Below are positions 38,506-50,800 of a stretch of 64,000 nucleotides of DNA, one piece after another. Source of the stretch: Callorhinchus milii (Eukaryota); contig NW_024704742.1 of NCBI RefSeq assembly GCF_018977255.1, forward strand, positions 133,984,001 through 134,048,000. Reading direction: 5' to 3'. The translations under genes were made by a program, and so were the position numbers. The notes under the pieces were generated by a model that ran no database searches, was not told where the DNA came from, and was given only the letters and a program-made list of their open reading frames with translations. Position 1 is the stretch's first letter; the number at the start of each line of letters is the position of its first letter.

Positions 38506-40293
38506 GCTCCCCAACCCCAGCTCGGGTCTGAAATGCTGTACATTGTCCAGCGCCTTGGGACGTCCTCCCGAAGTGAAAGGCGCTGTACAAATGTAATCTT
38601 GTTTTTTGCTGTCCCACAGCAGCGTCCCACAATCAGTCGTGGATCACCTATGCGCTGAGGCTCTGGAATTCCCTTCCTCACTCCCTTCGCCTCGCTCCCT
38701 CTCTTCCTATTTTCAGGTCTCTGCTGAAGACCTTTCTTTTCGACCGCGCCTTTGGTCACCTTCCTCCCCCTCCTCTTGGCTCGGTCCCGGGATCCGTTAC
38801 TGTGAGGCGCTCTGCGACGCCGTCTAGCGTGGAGGGCGCTATATAAATAAAAGTTGTTGTTGTAGGAACCTAAATGTCTTGTTCGGCCCTCAACTGTCTT
38901 TTCTCCCCCACATCCAAGCCATGACTCACTCTGCCTTCCCTCATCTCCGTAAAATCGCCCGACTCCGCCACTACTCACCCCTCAGGCCACTGAAACTCTT
39001 GTTCATGCTTTCATCACCTCCAGGCTCGACTATGCAAACGCCCTGCTTGTCGGCCTTTCCAACTCCTCTCTCCACAGGCTGCAGATAATCGAACTCTGCA
39101 GCCCGTGTCCTCTCCCGCACCAAACTCAGTGACCCCATCTCCCCCATTCTCGACCGAATCCACTGGCTCCCTATCCTTCAGTTCAAGATTCTGGTCCTCA
39201 ACTACAAAGCCCTCCATGGTCTCGCACCACCCTACCTCTGCGACCTCCTAACTGCCTATCAACCCACCCGCTCCCTTCGCTCAGCCGGCTCTGGCCTGCT
39301 CCACATCCCGACCCAACAACCCCACCATTGGCGGGAGAGCCTTCAGTCACTCTGCCGCCAACCTCTGGAATTCCATCCCCCAATCACTCCGCCTCGCCCC
39401 CTCCTTAGCCTCCTTCAAATCCCACCTCAAGACCCTCCTCTTTGACCATGCCATCAGTCACCCCCCCTTCTCCCTCCCTGACACTAGCTCCCCAACCCCA
39501 GCTCGGGTCTGAATGCTGTACATTGTCCAGCGCCTTGGGACGTCCTCCCGAAGTGAAAGGCGCTGTACAAATGTAATCTTGTTTTTTGCTGTCCCACAGA
39601 GGCGTCCCACAAAGTCGTGGATCACCTATGCGCTGAGGCTCTGGAATTCCCTTCCTCACTCCCTTTGCCTCGCTCCCTCTCTTCCTATTTTCAGGTCTCT
39701 GCTGAAGACCTTTCTTTTCGACCGCGCCTTTGGTCACCTTCCTCCCCCTCCTCTTGGCTCGGTCCCGGAATCCGTTACTGTGAAGCGCTCTGCGACGCCG
39801 TCTAGCGTGGAGGGCGCTATATAAATAAAAGTTGTTGTTGTAGGAACCTAAATGTCTTGTTCGGCCCTCAACTGTCTTTTCTCCCCCACATCCAAGCCAT
39901 GACTCACTCTGCCTTCCCTCATCTCCGTAACATCGCCCGACTCCGCCACTACTCACCCCTCAGGCCACTGAAACTCTTGTTCATGCTTTCATCACCTCCA
40001 GGCTCGACTATGCAAACGCCCTGCTTGTCGGCCTTTCCAACTCCTCCCTCCACAGGCTGCAGATAATCGAACTCTGCAGCCCGTGTCCTCTCCCTCACCA
40101 AACTCAGTGACCCCATCTCCCCCATTCTCGACCGAATACACTGGCTCCCTATCCTTCAGTTCAAGATTCTGGTCCTCAACTACAAAGCCCTCCATGGTCT
40201 CGCACCACCCTACCTCTGCGACCTCCTAACTGCCTATCAACCCACCCGCTCCCTTCGCTCAGCCGGCTCTGGCCTGCTCCACATCCCGACCCA
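38506..40293 (+). repeat. Tandem duplication of a ~980-bp L2/SINE mosaic (about 1.8 units)
   Basis: 38506-39315 matches 39488-40293 at an offset of 978-981 with few differences; duplicated ORFs in the track (38879 vs 39857). Confidence 0.92.
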
Positions 40294-40861
40294 GCAGCAT
40301 CCCACAAACAGTCGTGGATTGAAGTGACCAATTTATTATTATTTATTTTTTGAAAGAATTATTAGCCCCCCGCAAAAGTGATCCACCAATCGACTACTAA
40401 CCGGCTTCCTACTTCCTACTAGGTAAACAGCGTGGAGTAAGGAAACTTGCCCAACATTTCGCCCTGCCTGGAATCAAACCTAGAATATATATATAAATAT
40501 ATATACATACAGCATGAAGAAAAGTAACATATGTAATATGGAGTGTTATTGGCCTGGCTGACCCATCATTGAAAACCACCTAGAAATTACCTCTACATAA
40601 TGATTTAAACTGTAATAGTATAATAAAAATAATCCTTATATTTGATGTAGCAAATTATCACGTCATCAACATATTTCAAAGCACTTCACAGGGTATACTG
40701 TCAAGTGGTTCTGATTATGTACTTTGCACACAGCAGTGTCCCATAAACAGCCATCGGGTAAATGCCTATTTTTATTTGAGGCTTAACCCACAAACATGTG
40801 ACTACGAGGCGAGCGTGCTATCAACTGCAAGACTATTTTGAAGCAGTGTGGAAATTTCTTA

Positions 40862-40934
40862 AATTCAGTCTAAATTTGGAACCGGTTTCTTTTTCAAAAC
40901 CGTGGAAAAACAGCTTCCAAATTAAGACAGAATT
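40862..40934. repeat. Palindromic core of a small hairpin-type interspersed element
   Basis: AATTCAGTCTAAATTTGGAACCGGTTT ... AAACAGCTTCCAAATTAAGACAGAATT; related pieces near 6680, 33765, 35690-35830, 42095 and 57280-57355. Confidence 0.6.
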
Positions 40935-41012
40935 GTAGAATTTTACACACTCTTAAGATAAAGTTGTCTTTGTAGGATAAGACCAGGTGAAATTTCAAGC
41001 CTTGCCAATATA

Positions 41013-41296
41013 ATGCAAGTGAGATATCTGGGTTCAATTCCAGGCAGGTCAGGGCAAAACCTTGGGCAAGTTTCCTTACTCCACACAGAGCCTAATAATA
41101 ATCTCTGCAACAAACAAAACAATAATAAATTGGTCATTTTCAATCCACGACTGTGTGTGCTGTGCGCAATTAGCTGCCGTGCTTCCCCCACAAATATACA
41201 GTCAATTCAAGTTACAGCATATTCTGTGAAGCGCTTTAAGACGTCTAGAAGACGTGAAAAGCACTATGTCAAATGCAAGGATTATAATTATTATAA
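41013..41296 (+). mobile_element. tRNA-derived SINE, short form, 5'-truncated
   Basis: Matches the short consensus from the anticodon region to the (TTA)n tail. Confidence 0.85.
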
Positions 41297-43384
41297 TATG
41301 ATACATTATTCATAAAAATAATCCTTACATTTTATATTCCGCCTAATCATGTTGTGATATCTCAATGCGCTTTTCAGGATATACTGTAAACTGTGATGGC
41401 TGTGTATTTCGTGGGCAAAATGTGTTTGCCCACAAAAATGGAGTGAGTGACCAGCTTTACTTCGGGACACTGGGAGAAACTCCCTACTCACTTCGAATAG
41501 TGCCTTGGGATGTTTAACGTCCATCTGAACAGATGGGGCAGAATTGAACCCAATGACATTTTTTTTACTACTATTTTATTTCAAACTTTTTAAAGACACT
41601 AGGAAATATCTACAAAGGTACTGTAGGCTGTTTGCCTATAAAAACACGCAGTCACTGCACTTTATTACAGTATCCCTAGGAGGTTTCACTAAGGCATCCT
41701 CCTGATGTGAAATGAACTATTATTGAATGCAAGGATTATTATTAATGCAAGGAGAATTGCCCATGCTTGGATCTTGTTGGCACCTCATCAACAGATCCAA
41801 ATTGATTGATACTTGGCTTTCTTTCATTGTGGATCACATCCCTCAAGCCCCTGTTTCATCGCAATAAAAGAGTATAAAGACTATTCAACCCTGAACAGAA
41901 CAGCAGTGCAGTTACAAACAAAATTTATTAGGAGTGTAATTAACAAACATGTAACTAAATATTTCTGTGGAGTTCAACTGCAAAAAATGTTGTCGCATCA
42001 GCTCCCATTAAATTCCAGATCAGCTGTGTTGTTATTCTTGTACGTACCCTTAATACAGCCCCTCTACTATCTAAGTATCTGTCTATTTTGCTTCTCTTTC
42101 AAATGGTGGAAAAACAGCTTCCAAATCAAATAATAATAATAATTTGGTCACTTGGTCCACTACTGTTTGGCTGCAGCGTGTTGCCAACAAAATACAGAGT
42201 CAATTCATTTTACAGTATATTCTTTTAGGCGCTTTGTGACATCTCAACAACACGATAAGGATTATTATCATACATATAGGACCTGATTGAACTACAGAAT
42301 TGCCCAGAATTATCTCAAATTCCGTTAAATAATATTTGTAAGACTTCTATTAATTTTGATTTCTTTTTAAGTGAGTAATCTGCGGTAATGTGATGTGAAA
42401 CCGACTAAAGGCGCTATCTGAACCCACTATTGTCTCTAATCTTATAGATAAACTCGATAATCCTATAAGTGTTTCAAAACCAGCTAATAAAGGAACATAA
42501 CCTAATTAATAGTCTTTTAAAGGCATTCACTTGTTTAACATCTATAATAATGAGACACTATGCTTAACATAACTGCAGTCAAAAGTGGAGGGTTAAATCT
42601 CTTGTCCTGTGATGTCTTTAGCCCTCTAACAGGATTAGCATTGCAATTTGCTATTTTAGTCTAATTAGATAAATGGACTAAGGATTTAGTCTGGATCTGG
42701 CTCTCTGATGGTTGAGGCATAAGAAAATCAACTTGCTGCATTTTCTGTTTGTTAAAGCTGCTGCTATAGCAACAGATGACTAAGAATATTTAATCCACTC
42801 TGAATGCAGCTATGTTGCTTCGTATGCATGTGGCACAGATTAACCATGTTCAGTGTGTTCTGTTTCCCCCCACCTTCCCTCCCTGAGATAAATGAGATTC
42901 TATTTATAATAATAATAATCCTTCCATTTGATACAGTGCCTTATCACATCTTTGAGACGTCCAAATCGCTTCACAGATTATACTGTCAAGTGAATTTCAG
43001 CGCCTTAAGAAGTCCTCCCGACGTGAAAGGTGCTGTACAAATGTAATCTTGTTGTTGTTGTTATTATATATTTTGTGGGTGAAATGCAGCAGCCAATTGT
43101 GCACAGCAGTGTCCCACAAATAGTTGTGGATTGAGTGATCAAATTATTACGATTTTCTTTATTTTACCCCAGAAAGCAATCCGCCAAACAGCTGGATTCC
43201 TACTTTCTGCGAAGTAATCACCTGGTGATCACCCGGGGCCTAACCGTCTCTGATGTCACCACGGACAAAGACACTTCAATCATTATTTCATCCCCCGTAA
43301 CTCTTTCATCCCCCGTAACTCCTCCATCCCCCTCCCTGATGCCCACCCCACATGCATTGCCTATCGCCCCTGGAAAAATAACCC

Positions 43385-44628
43385 CACCATAACCCCACGA
43401 CCGCCCCATTTCAAAGCTTCCTTTTCTATCAAAGCTCATGGAACGAGTCGTCACTTCCCAGCTTCGTTTTGTTCTCTCCCAGCTTTCCCTCCATGAACCC
43501 CTCCAATCTGGGTTTTGTGCAGCTCGGAGCACAGAGACAGCCCTGGTCAAAGTGACAAATGATATTCTGTCCACCTGTGACCAGGGTTCTTTCTGTCTCC
43601 TCGTCCTTATCGACCTCTCGGATGCTTTCGATACTGCTTCTCCACTCCCTCCACCTCAACGGTTCTGTTCTTGCCTGGTTCCAATCCTACCTTTCCCACC
43701 GTCTGTACTTCGTAGCCACCAATGGCTTCTCCTTTAGCCCCCACATAGTTATGTGTGGCATCCCTCGGGGCTCTGTCCTCGGTTACCCTCCTTCTTCAAT
43801 CTATGCATACTCCCGCTCGGCAATGTCACCCGTAGGCATGGGATCAATTTCCACATGTATGTGGATGACACCCAACTCTATCTCGCCACCTCCACCCTCG
43901 ACTCCAGGGCCGTTGATGTCCTGACTAATTGTCTGTCGATCATCAAGTCCTGGACAAGAGCCAATTTCCTCCAGCTTAATGTTGGCAAGACAGAGGCCCT
44001 CTCGCTTGTTCCCAGCAGCACCTCTTCAACTGAGCCGCAGACACTATCACCAGTCATGGCTGCACTCTTCACCTCATCGAGCCAATCTGAAACCTCAGTG
44101 TCCTTTTCGACCCTCAGCTACTCTTCAAACCCCACAATCGTGCTCTGACCCGTTCCGCATTTCCACACCTCTGCAACATTGCCCGCCTCCACCACTGCCT
44201 CTCACCACAGGCTGCCGAGACCCTGATCCATGCTTTTATTACATCCCGGCTTGACTACGCTAACTGCCTACTCACTGGACTTCCCAACTCTACCCTCCAC
44301 AAGCTGTAGATTATTCAGAACTCTGCAGCTCGTGTCCTCTCCCGCACCAGGCTCCGGGAACCTATCATCCCCATTCTTGCCCAGCTTCACTGGCTCCACA
44401 TTCCTCAGAGAATCAAGTACAAAACTCTTGTTCTTACCCTTATGGCCCACCACGGTCGTGCTCCCCACTACCTCTCCAAACTCTTAACCCAATTGTAGCC
44501 TGTCCGCTCCCTCCGCTCGGTGGACACCGACCTCCTTCAGGTCCCCGCACTTCCCGCCCCAGAATTGACGGTCAAACATTCAGCATCTCTGCCCCCACAC
44601 TCTGGAACTCTATCCTGTAATCCCTCCG
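43385..44628 (+). mobile_element. L2 LINE ORF2 fragment, decayed
   Basis: [66 protein letters not shown]. Confidence 0.88.
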
Positions 44629-46180
44629 AATCAACAATACAACAGACAGAGGTGAATAGCATAGACACATGTTCGTATCAAAGTCAGTTGGTAAATTCAC
44701 AAACAGCAGCCAAAAGTCTTGCATCAGACGAAAAGTGTCTTGCTTCAGACCAGGAACCTCTTACTTGAGGTTTGAAGTCAAAGTTGAATCTTCAATGGTG
44801 TACAGCTGAGATGTTATACGTTGTTATTCTTTTCCCATTACTTTTCAAACAATTTCAGACATTTCTGCAGTTTTCCTTCTTCCTTGAATTGCTGGAGTCA
44901 ACGAAAGTTGATGGAACAGTCCAAGTCTGATGGATTTTAACCCCGAAGACAACACATTCACATGAAAGATGGCTCTTGTGTGGACAGCTCCTGATATGTT
45001 ATGTCTTAGGCTGAACAAAGTATAGTTCAACCATACACCGTTTATGATCGATTTTCCACAGGCAGGATGAGAATGTAAAATCTTTCCATTCTCATGTCCA
45101 CAAAGCAATTATCTCACATAAAATAATAATAATATGATCCGCAGAATTGTTACTTCACCTGCAGAATTGTTATTGTTATAGAAGAACGTGAATTGTTATA
45201 GAAAATATTTTTAACACAAACATTATTTGTTATGTGAAAATCTCTTCAACTCGTTCATCATTAACATAACACTTAGTTAAAACATGAATTTGTTATGGGA
45301 AACATTTTCAACAACCTTCAACTGCAATAAACAAGGCACCCTGGCATTTTTCTAGCCAACATAAGCATTTTTAACCATTGATTAAAAGAATTATTTTGAC
45401 TACGTGGGTTAACATATATTCACATTTTCAGTTATGAAGCGGGATCACAGCAGTATGCAACTGGTACCTTCTCTGGTATTTCCCAAACCTCACCAGGGAA
45501 ACACTCCCAATAATTTGATAACTCTGATCTAGAGAAATGTAATAATTGTTACGTTTGGTATAGCACCTTATATGTTGGAAGGACGTCTCAAAGCACGTCA
45601 TAGGAATTACTGTGAAATGGAGTGACTGTGTAGTTGTGAGGAAATGCGGCAGTATAATTGTGTAGAGCAATGTCCCACAAACGGAAATGAAACAAGTGAG
45701 CAATTTTATTTGGAGGATTATTTACCATGACACGGGAGAGAGAAACTCCCTTCTCTTTTCGAATAGTGCCATTGATCTTTAACATCCACCTGAACAGGTA
45801 GACAGGATGTCAGTTTAATGTCTCATCGGTAGAATGTTACCTGCAACAATGCAATCCAGTGAGTGTCGGCTTAGTCTATGTGATTCCAAGTCCTGTCGTG
45901 GAAAAATGAACATCAACATTCAACAAATTCAACAATCAACATCAACAAATGAGTAAATCAACATAGCTTTATGGTGGGATGAATCTGCCTGACAAATCAA
46001 TTGGAGTTCATCAGGTTTTTTTTGATTTTTTTGCGTCATCCAGGTGTCCGACACACACGGAGACCAATTGCCATACTTAAGAGTATACAAATCAAACTGA
46101 GAGTTCCATGCATCCCACCCATACATAGAAATTCCATAGATATTTGTTGGGATGGAATGCGCACTCTCTCCCTAGAGAGA

Positions 46181-46459
46181 GGGAGGACGTCCCAAAGCGC
46201 TTCACAGAACACACTGTAAAGTGAATTGACTGTATATTTGTGGGCGAACGCGGCAGCCAATTGCGCACAGCAATGTCCCACAAACAGTCGTAGATTGAAA
46301 ATGACCAATTTATTATTGTTTTTGGTTTTTGGAGGGATTATTATTAGGCTCTGTGTGGAGTAAGGAAACTTGCCCAAGGTTTCGCCCTCTGCCTGGAATT
46401 GAACTCAGGTCTCTCACTTGTAAAGCGAGTGCTCTAACCACTGAGCTACAGGACTCCAC
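46181..46459 (-). mobile_element. tRNA-derived SINE, young short subfamily, 3' end missing
   Basis: Near-identical to young copies but stops at the CTCCC loop. Confidence 0.9.
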
Positions 46460-46467
46460 AAATGCAC

Positions 46468-46506
<39 letters not shown>

Positions 46507-46809
46507 CCTGCGAAACGCTTTGAGATGTTTCAACGACAGTAGGTACGAACCCAGTTGTTAAGTTGATTGGCGGATCGGCTTTTGAGGGTTAACAATTCCT
46601 CAAAAAAATATATAATAACGGTCACTCAATCCACTATTGTTCGCCGGCGCCGCGTTTCGCCCACAAAATATACAGTCAATGCACTTCACGGTATATTCTG
46701 AGAAGCGCTTTGAGACGTCTCGAAGACGCGATGAGGTTCGACACCAAATGAGAGGACATTGATGATGACTATTATTATTAACAGTGAGTGAGTGAGTGAG
46801 TGCCACCGA

Positions 46810-47340
46810 TTCAGTCACGTGAGCGGCTCAGTTCCCTCCTCCCCCCCCCACCCCGCGCTGATTGGTCCTGTCCATGCGCGCTTCCCAGCCTGTGATTGGA
46901 CAGCGCGGGCTGTGACGCTGCACGTATCACGCGCGTCCCGCCCCGCTTCTCGGGCCGACCAATCAGAGAGCGCCGCGATGGCTGCGCGCGGGCTTGGCGG
47001 CAGTTTCCCAGGGTGCCCCGCGGCCCGGCAGCTGAGAGCTGCAAAGATGGCGGCGGCGGTGAGGACGCGGCGGCTCCTGGTCAGACAGGCGGCGGCGGCG
47101 GCGGGAGGCGGCGCCTGGGCCCTCGGCCTCTTCCTCCTGCTCTCCCCCCGGCTGTGCCAGGCCGACGAGACGCCCGCCAGGAGGTTCGAGTACAAGTACA
47201 GCTTCAAGGGGCCGCACCTGGTGCGGAGCGACGGCTCCATCGCCTTCTGGACTCACTCGGGCAGTAAGTGGCGGCTCGACTCCCGCGGCGGGAAGGCGGG
47301 GAGTGAGGGGAGGGGGTCACCTGAGAGCCCCTGAAACACC
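46810..47340 (+). promoter_or_regulatory. CpG-island promoter of LMAN1 with CCAAT boxes, GC box and ERSE-like element
   Basis: The only strongly CpG-rich stretch in the window; ATTGG at 46861 and 46895, CCGCCCC at ~46938, CCAAT-N9-CCGCG at 46959-46977. Confidence 0.8.
47047..47263 (+). CDS. LMAN1: LMAN1 exon 1 coding part (signal peptide + lectin start)
   Basis: aagATGG at 47047; MAAAVRTRRLLVRQAAAAAGGGAWALGLFLLLSPRLCQADETPARRFEYKYSFKGPHLVRSDGSIAFWTHSG; donor A|GTAAGT, phase 1. Confidence 0.93.
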
Positions 47341-47510
47341 AGGAGACACCTTGAGACACCGGATGGGGGGGATCACTGGGGACCAAACACCAGACTTATT
47401 CTGCTGCTTCAGTGGCAGCTTCACACTGTTTCCCTCTCCCCCCCCACCCTCTCCCCCTCCAAAAAAAACACTTCCCAAAGCCGCTTCCCAAAGGTCTTTT
47501 ATTTGAACTG

Positions 47511-47818
47511 ATAATAATAATAATAATCCTTGCATTTGATATCGCGCTTTTCACGTCGGGAGGACGTCCCGAAGCGCTTCACAGAACACACTGTAAAGTG
47601 AATTGACTGTATATTTGTGGGCGAACGCGGCAGCCAATTGCGCACAGCAATGTCCCACAAGCAGTGGTGGATTGAAAATGACCAATTTATTATTGTTTTT
47701 GGTTTTGGAGGGATTATTATTAGGCTCTGTGTGGAGTAAGGAAACTTGCCCAAGGTTTCGCCCTCTGCCTGGGATTGAACTCAGGTCTCTCGCTTGCAAA
47801 GCGAGTGCTCTAACCACT
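47511..47818 (-). mobile_element. tRNA-derived SINE, young short subfamily (intron 1, antisense)
   Basis: Reverse complement of the young consensus, missing ~15 nt at the 5' end. Confidence 0.92.
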
Positions 47819-50800
47819 AATCTACAGTACTCATCGGGGTTAGGAAGTCCCCTTCAGTCGTTCAGCTGGTCCTGGGTGACGTCTGGAGGACTCCAGGACT
47901 AAAGCACTCCAGTATTTACACAGCTCAGCGACTAACTGTTTTAGGTATTTGCTGAGCTGTCACTTCAACTAACCGAGACGTTCAGGGCGTTTTGGCCACA
48001 CGTAGTTGTTTGCTGGTGGTTTAGCCACATAATCGCCGCTTGCTTGCCTTGTGCCACATACTCTTTAGCTTTATTTTTAAACTTTTGTCCTGTGGGGTTT
48101 AAAACCTGTGTTTGGGAACGTGTCTTTCTCTTTGCCTGGCTCATCAAAGGCAAACATCTGGTCGACAGCTTGCTGGAGAATTGTGCAACTGCTTCACAGT
48201 TTTCTTTTTAATTGTAATCTGCAGGTAGAGCTCGAGTTTTTTTTAAAATGGATCTGGAAATCCGAAACAAAAGTAGAAAATTGAGTGGGTCAGTTTGGTT
48301 GACTCCTCAGATGTAGATGAAGGGGTTGGATCTAAAAACTCGAGCATCTCAGATGCTGATCATCATTTCCATCACATTTTCTGCTAATTTTAATCTTTTA
48401 ATTACTTGCTTTTTTGTTCAACATTCAGACATGTATATTGTACCTGTCATTATCTGTTACATGGTTTGTAGAAGTTAAAACACAATGTATTGCAGTTTTA
48501 ACAGTCGTGTTGTGCAAGTTTGGAACTGTAAACAACAGATTCTAGGATGTGGTTATGGGACTAAACATTGGGAGTACAGCGGACAGTTATAAAATACTTG
48601 AACTTTGCATTTTATGTCACATGGACCTAACAATTCAGTTACTCCCTTGCAATTTGTTTGTGTAACAACTTGTATTTTATATATTCAGTGTTTCTAATGT
48701 TTAAGGTTTGCTTATTGAAATCTAGAATAGTATCTATTGTAATTACATTAACAGATTGTTATTACAGAACGTGACACACTGTACACAGAATTGTAAGACG
48801 CACTGCACCCAGAGTTATAAAGCTGTCATGTAATGTAAACATTCTTAACATTTGATATAGCCATTTTCATCAGGAGGACTAAGTGCTTCACGGGATGCAT
48901 TCAATTATGCAGGTGACCACAGCACTTCATGTTTGCGTAACAATGTCCTACAGTCAAAATCTAGCTCAGTTACAGTTATTGAATATGTTACTGAATGCAA
49001 CCCACTGGAAGGCATTTGAGTCATGGACCTTAGGTTGTACTTGGATATACTTCTTTGCAATTCAAAATTCTGAAATACCCTATACAAATTCATTCTGTGT
49101 GTCTTCCCAAGTTTGTTTAATTTACAGTATCCAAATAGCATAGGGCCAGGATTATGCCCTTCTGCCTGGTGAGACTTCTCTGCCATTTTGTTGCTTTGAG
49201 GTAACTTTTTTTTATTCCACTGCCTTGGTTTTTAAAAAAAACATTCTTTGACTTGGGAAGTTGTCTATCCATTTTGGGCCTACATCCGAAACTAGAATCC
49301 TAGAAGTTTACAGAGGAGGAGGTGACCATTCGGTCCATCGATCTGCACTGTCGATTCTAAAACTACCACATTTGAAACCGTTGTGCTGCAGTTGGTGTAT
49401 TTTTTGTTCTTACATTTTCTCCCTACAGTGAAGCTGAAGGTGATGGTTCTTGTTTACCTGCCTAGTGGCACGGAAACTTGTCTACAGTGCAATGAAATTC
49501 TCTAGGGGTATCTTTGGGAAAAAAAGGTGCGCATAATATTTTTTAAGAATCCTTTGTTTGAAATGGGGAAAGTCTTAATTTTGGAATATGTTGCTTTAGA
49601 ATAGCTCCATGCCAAGGAAGAAGAGTCCATACCAATCTGAACATAGAGAGTAAACATAGTTTTGCTGGGAAGATTCAAAATAACCAACATTTTTATTAAT
49701 GCCAACATCTTAAAGTAGGAATTGAGGGGAAAGGAAACCACTAGGTAGGCACCTGCTGGCTGTGTCAATTGTTAATGTTTACTTTAGAAAAAAAAGTCAG
49801 GTTTTCATTGACCTGTTCATCACTGCCACTATGTATGTCTTGGGCAGAAATAATCGAGCGCACAGTGCCTTGGTGTATCAGCCTGATGTGAATGGCACTT
49901 TAGAAATGTAATTTTTTATCGTAGCATAGAAAGGGCTGGAATACCTTGGCATAAGTGATGACAGACCAGCGAGACTCCAGGGCATTACTGATGACAGACC
50001 ATTGGGTGCATGGATTCTTCCTGAGCTGCTCCTGTTAACCCTGCCCTAGACGGCGTTTCTAGCTGGAGAGGCAGTGGAAAGCTTCTCAGATAGTGTGTTT
50101 GTGGAGAAAGCTTCCTTACTTCACACGCGCACCTCTGTTTACCTAGCAGTAAGTAGGAAGCCGCTTGTTAGTCAATTGGCAGATCACTTTCCGGGGATAA
50201 TAATCCCTCCAAAAAAATAATAATTTGGTCACTCAACCGACAACTGTTTGTAGGACACTGCTGTGAGCAATTGGCTGCAGCTTTTCTCCCACAAAATATA
50301 CGTTACTACACTTTACAGTATATTCTGTAAAGCGCTTTGAGATGTCTCGAAGACTTGACAAGGCGCTCTTTCAAATGCAAGGATTAATATTATAGTGCTC
50401 TCAATGGCAAGCTCTGCATATATGGAACTATCTGGTATGGATACTCCTACGTACAGTGATAGTTTTTTNGCATGTGTCTGAGATGAATCAATCAAGGTAC
50501 AAGACAAGATCATTGAGTTCCTGGTGACCTCACAAGCCCTGTAAAGAGCTTCCCATTTCCCCATCCTTTCTTAATGCCTCTTCATAGATTTCTTTTTACA
50601 AATATCTGTCCTACCCACTCCCTGCTTGGCTACACTGTGCCAACCTCCCGTTTGTATATAAATGACTATTTATAAATAGCTGATAGGAAGTGTCTATAAA
50701 CGGCCTACGTCTAGAATTTCTTATCTCAATTTGTACAGTTCATTTGTTCCAAATTTGCATTGTTTTGCTACTGTAATTGAAGATTTCTTAAATTCCAGTG

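Noticed and set aside
44630..45120. Decayed transposase-like coding remnant (also ~8940-9400 and 18360-18760)
   Set aside because: Non-repeat sequence with stops in all frames and no motif I can identify; needs blastx.
1..46000. 3' exons of CCBE1 or another upstream gene
   Set aside because: No collagen Gly-X-Y, EGF or other recognisable coding exon seen; small or non-coding exons cannot be excluded by eye.
46811..47256. Antisense ORFs over exon 1
   Set aside because: Expected by-product of a GC-rich CpG island; no homology recognised.
50469..50469. Single N
   Set aside because: Assembly ambiguity or collapsed gap, so intron 1 length may be uncertain; not biological.
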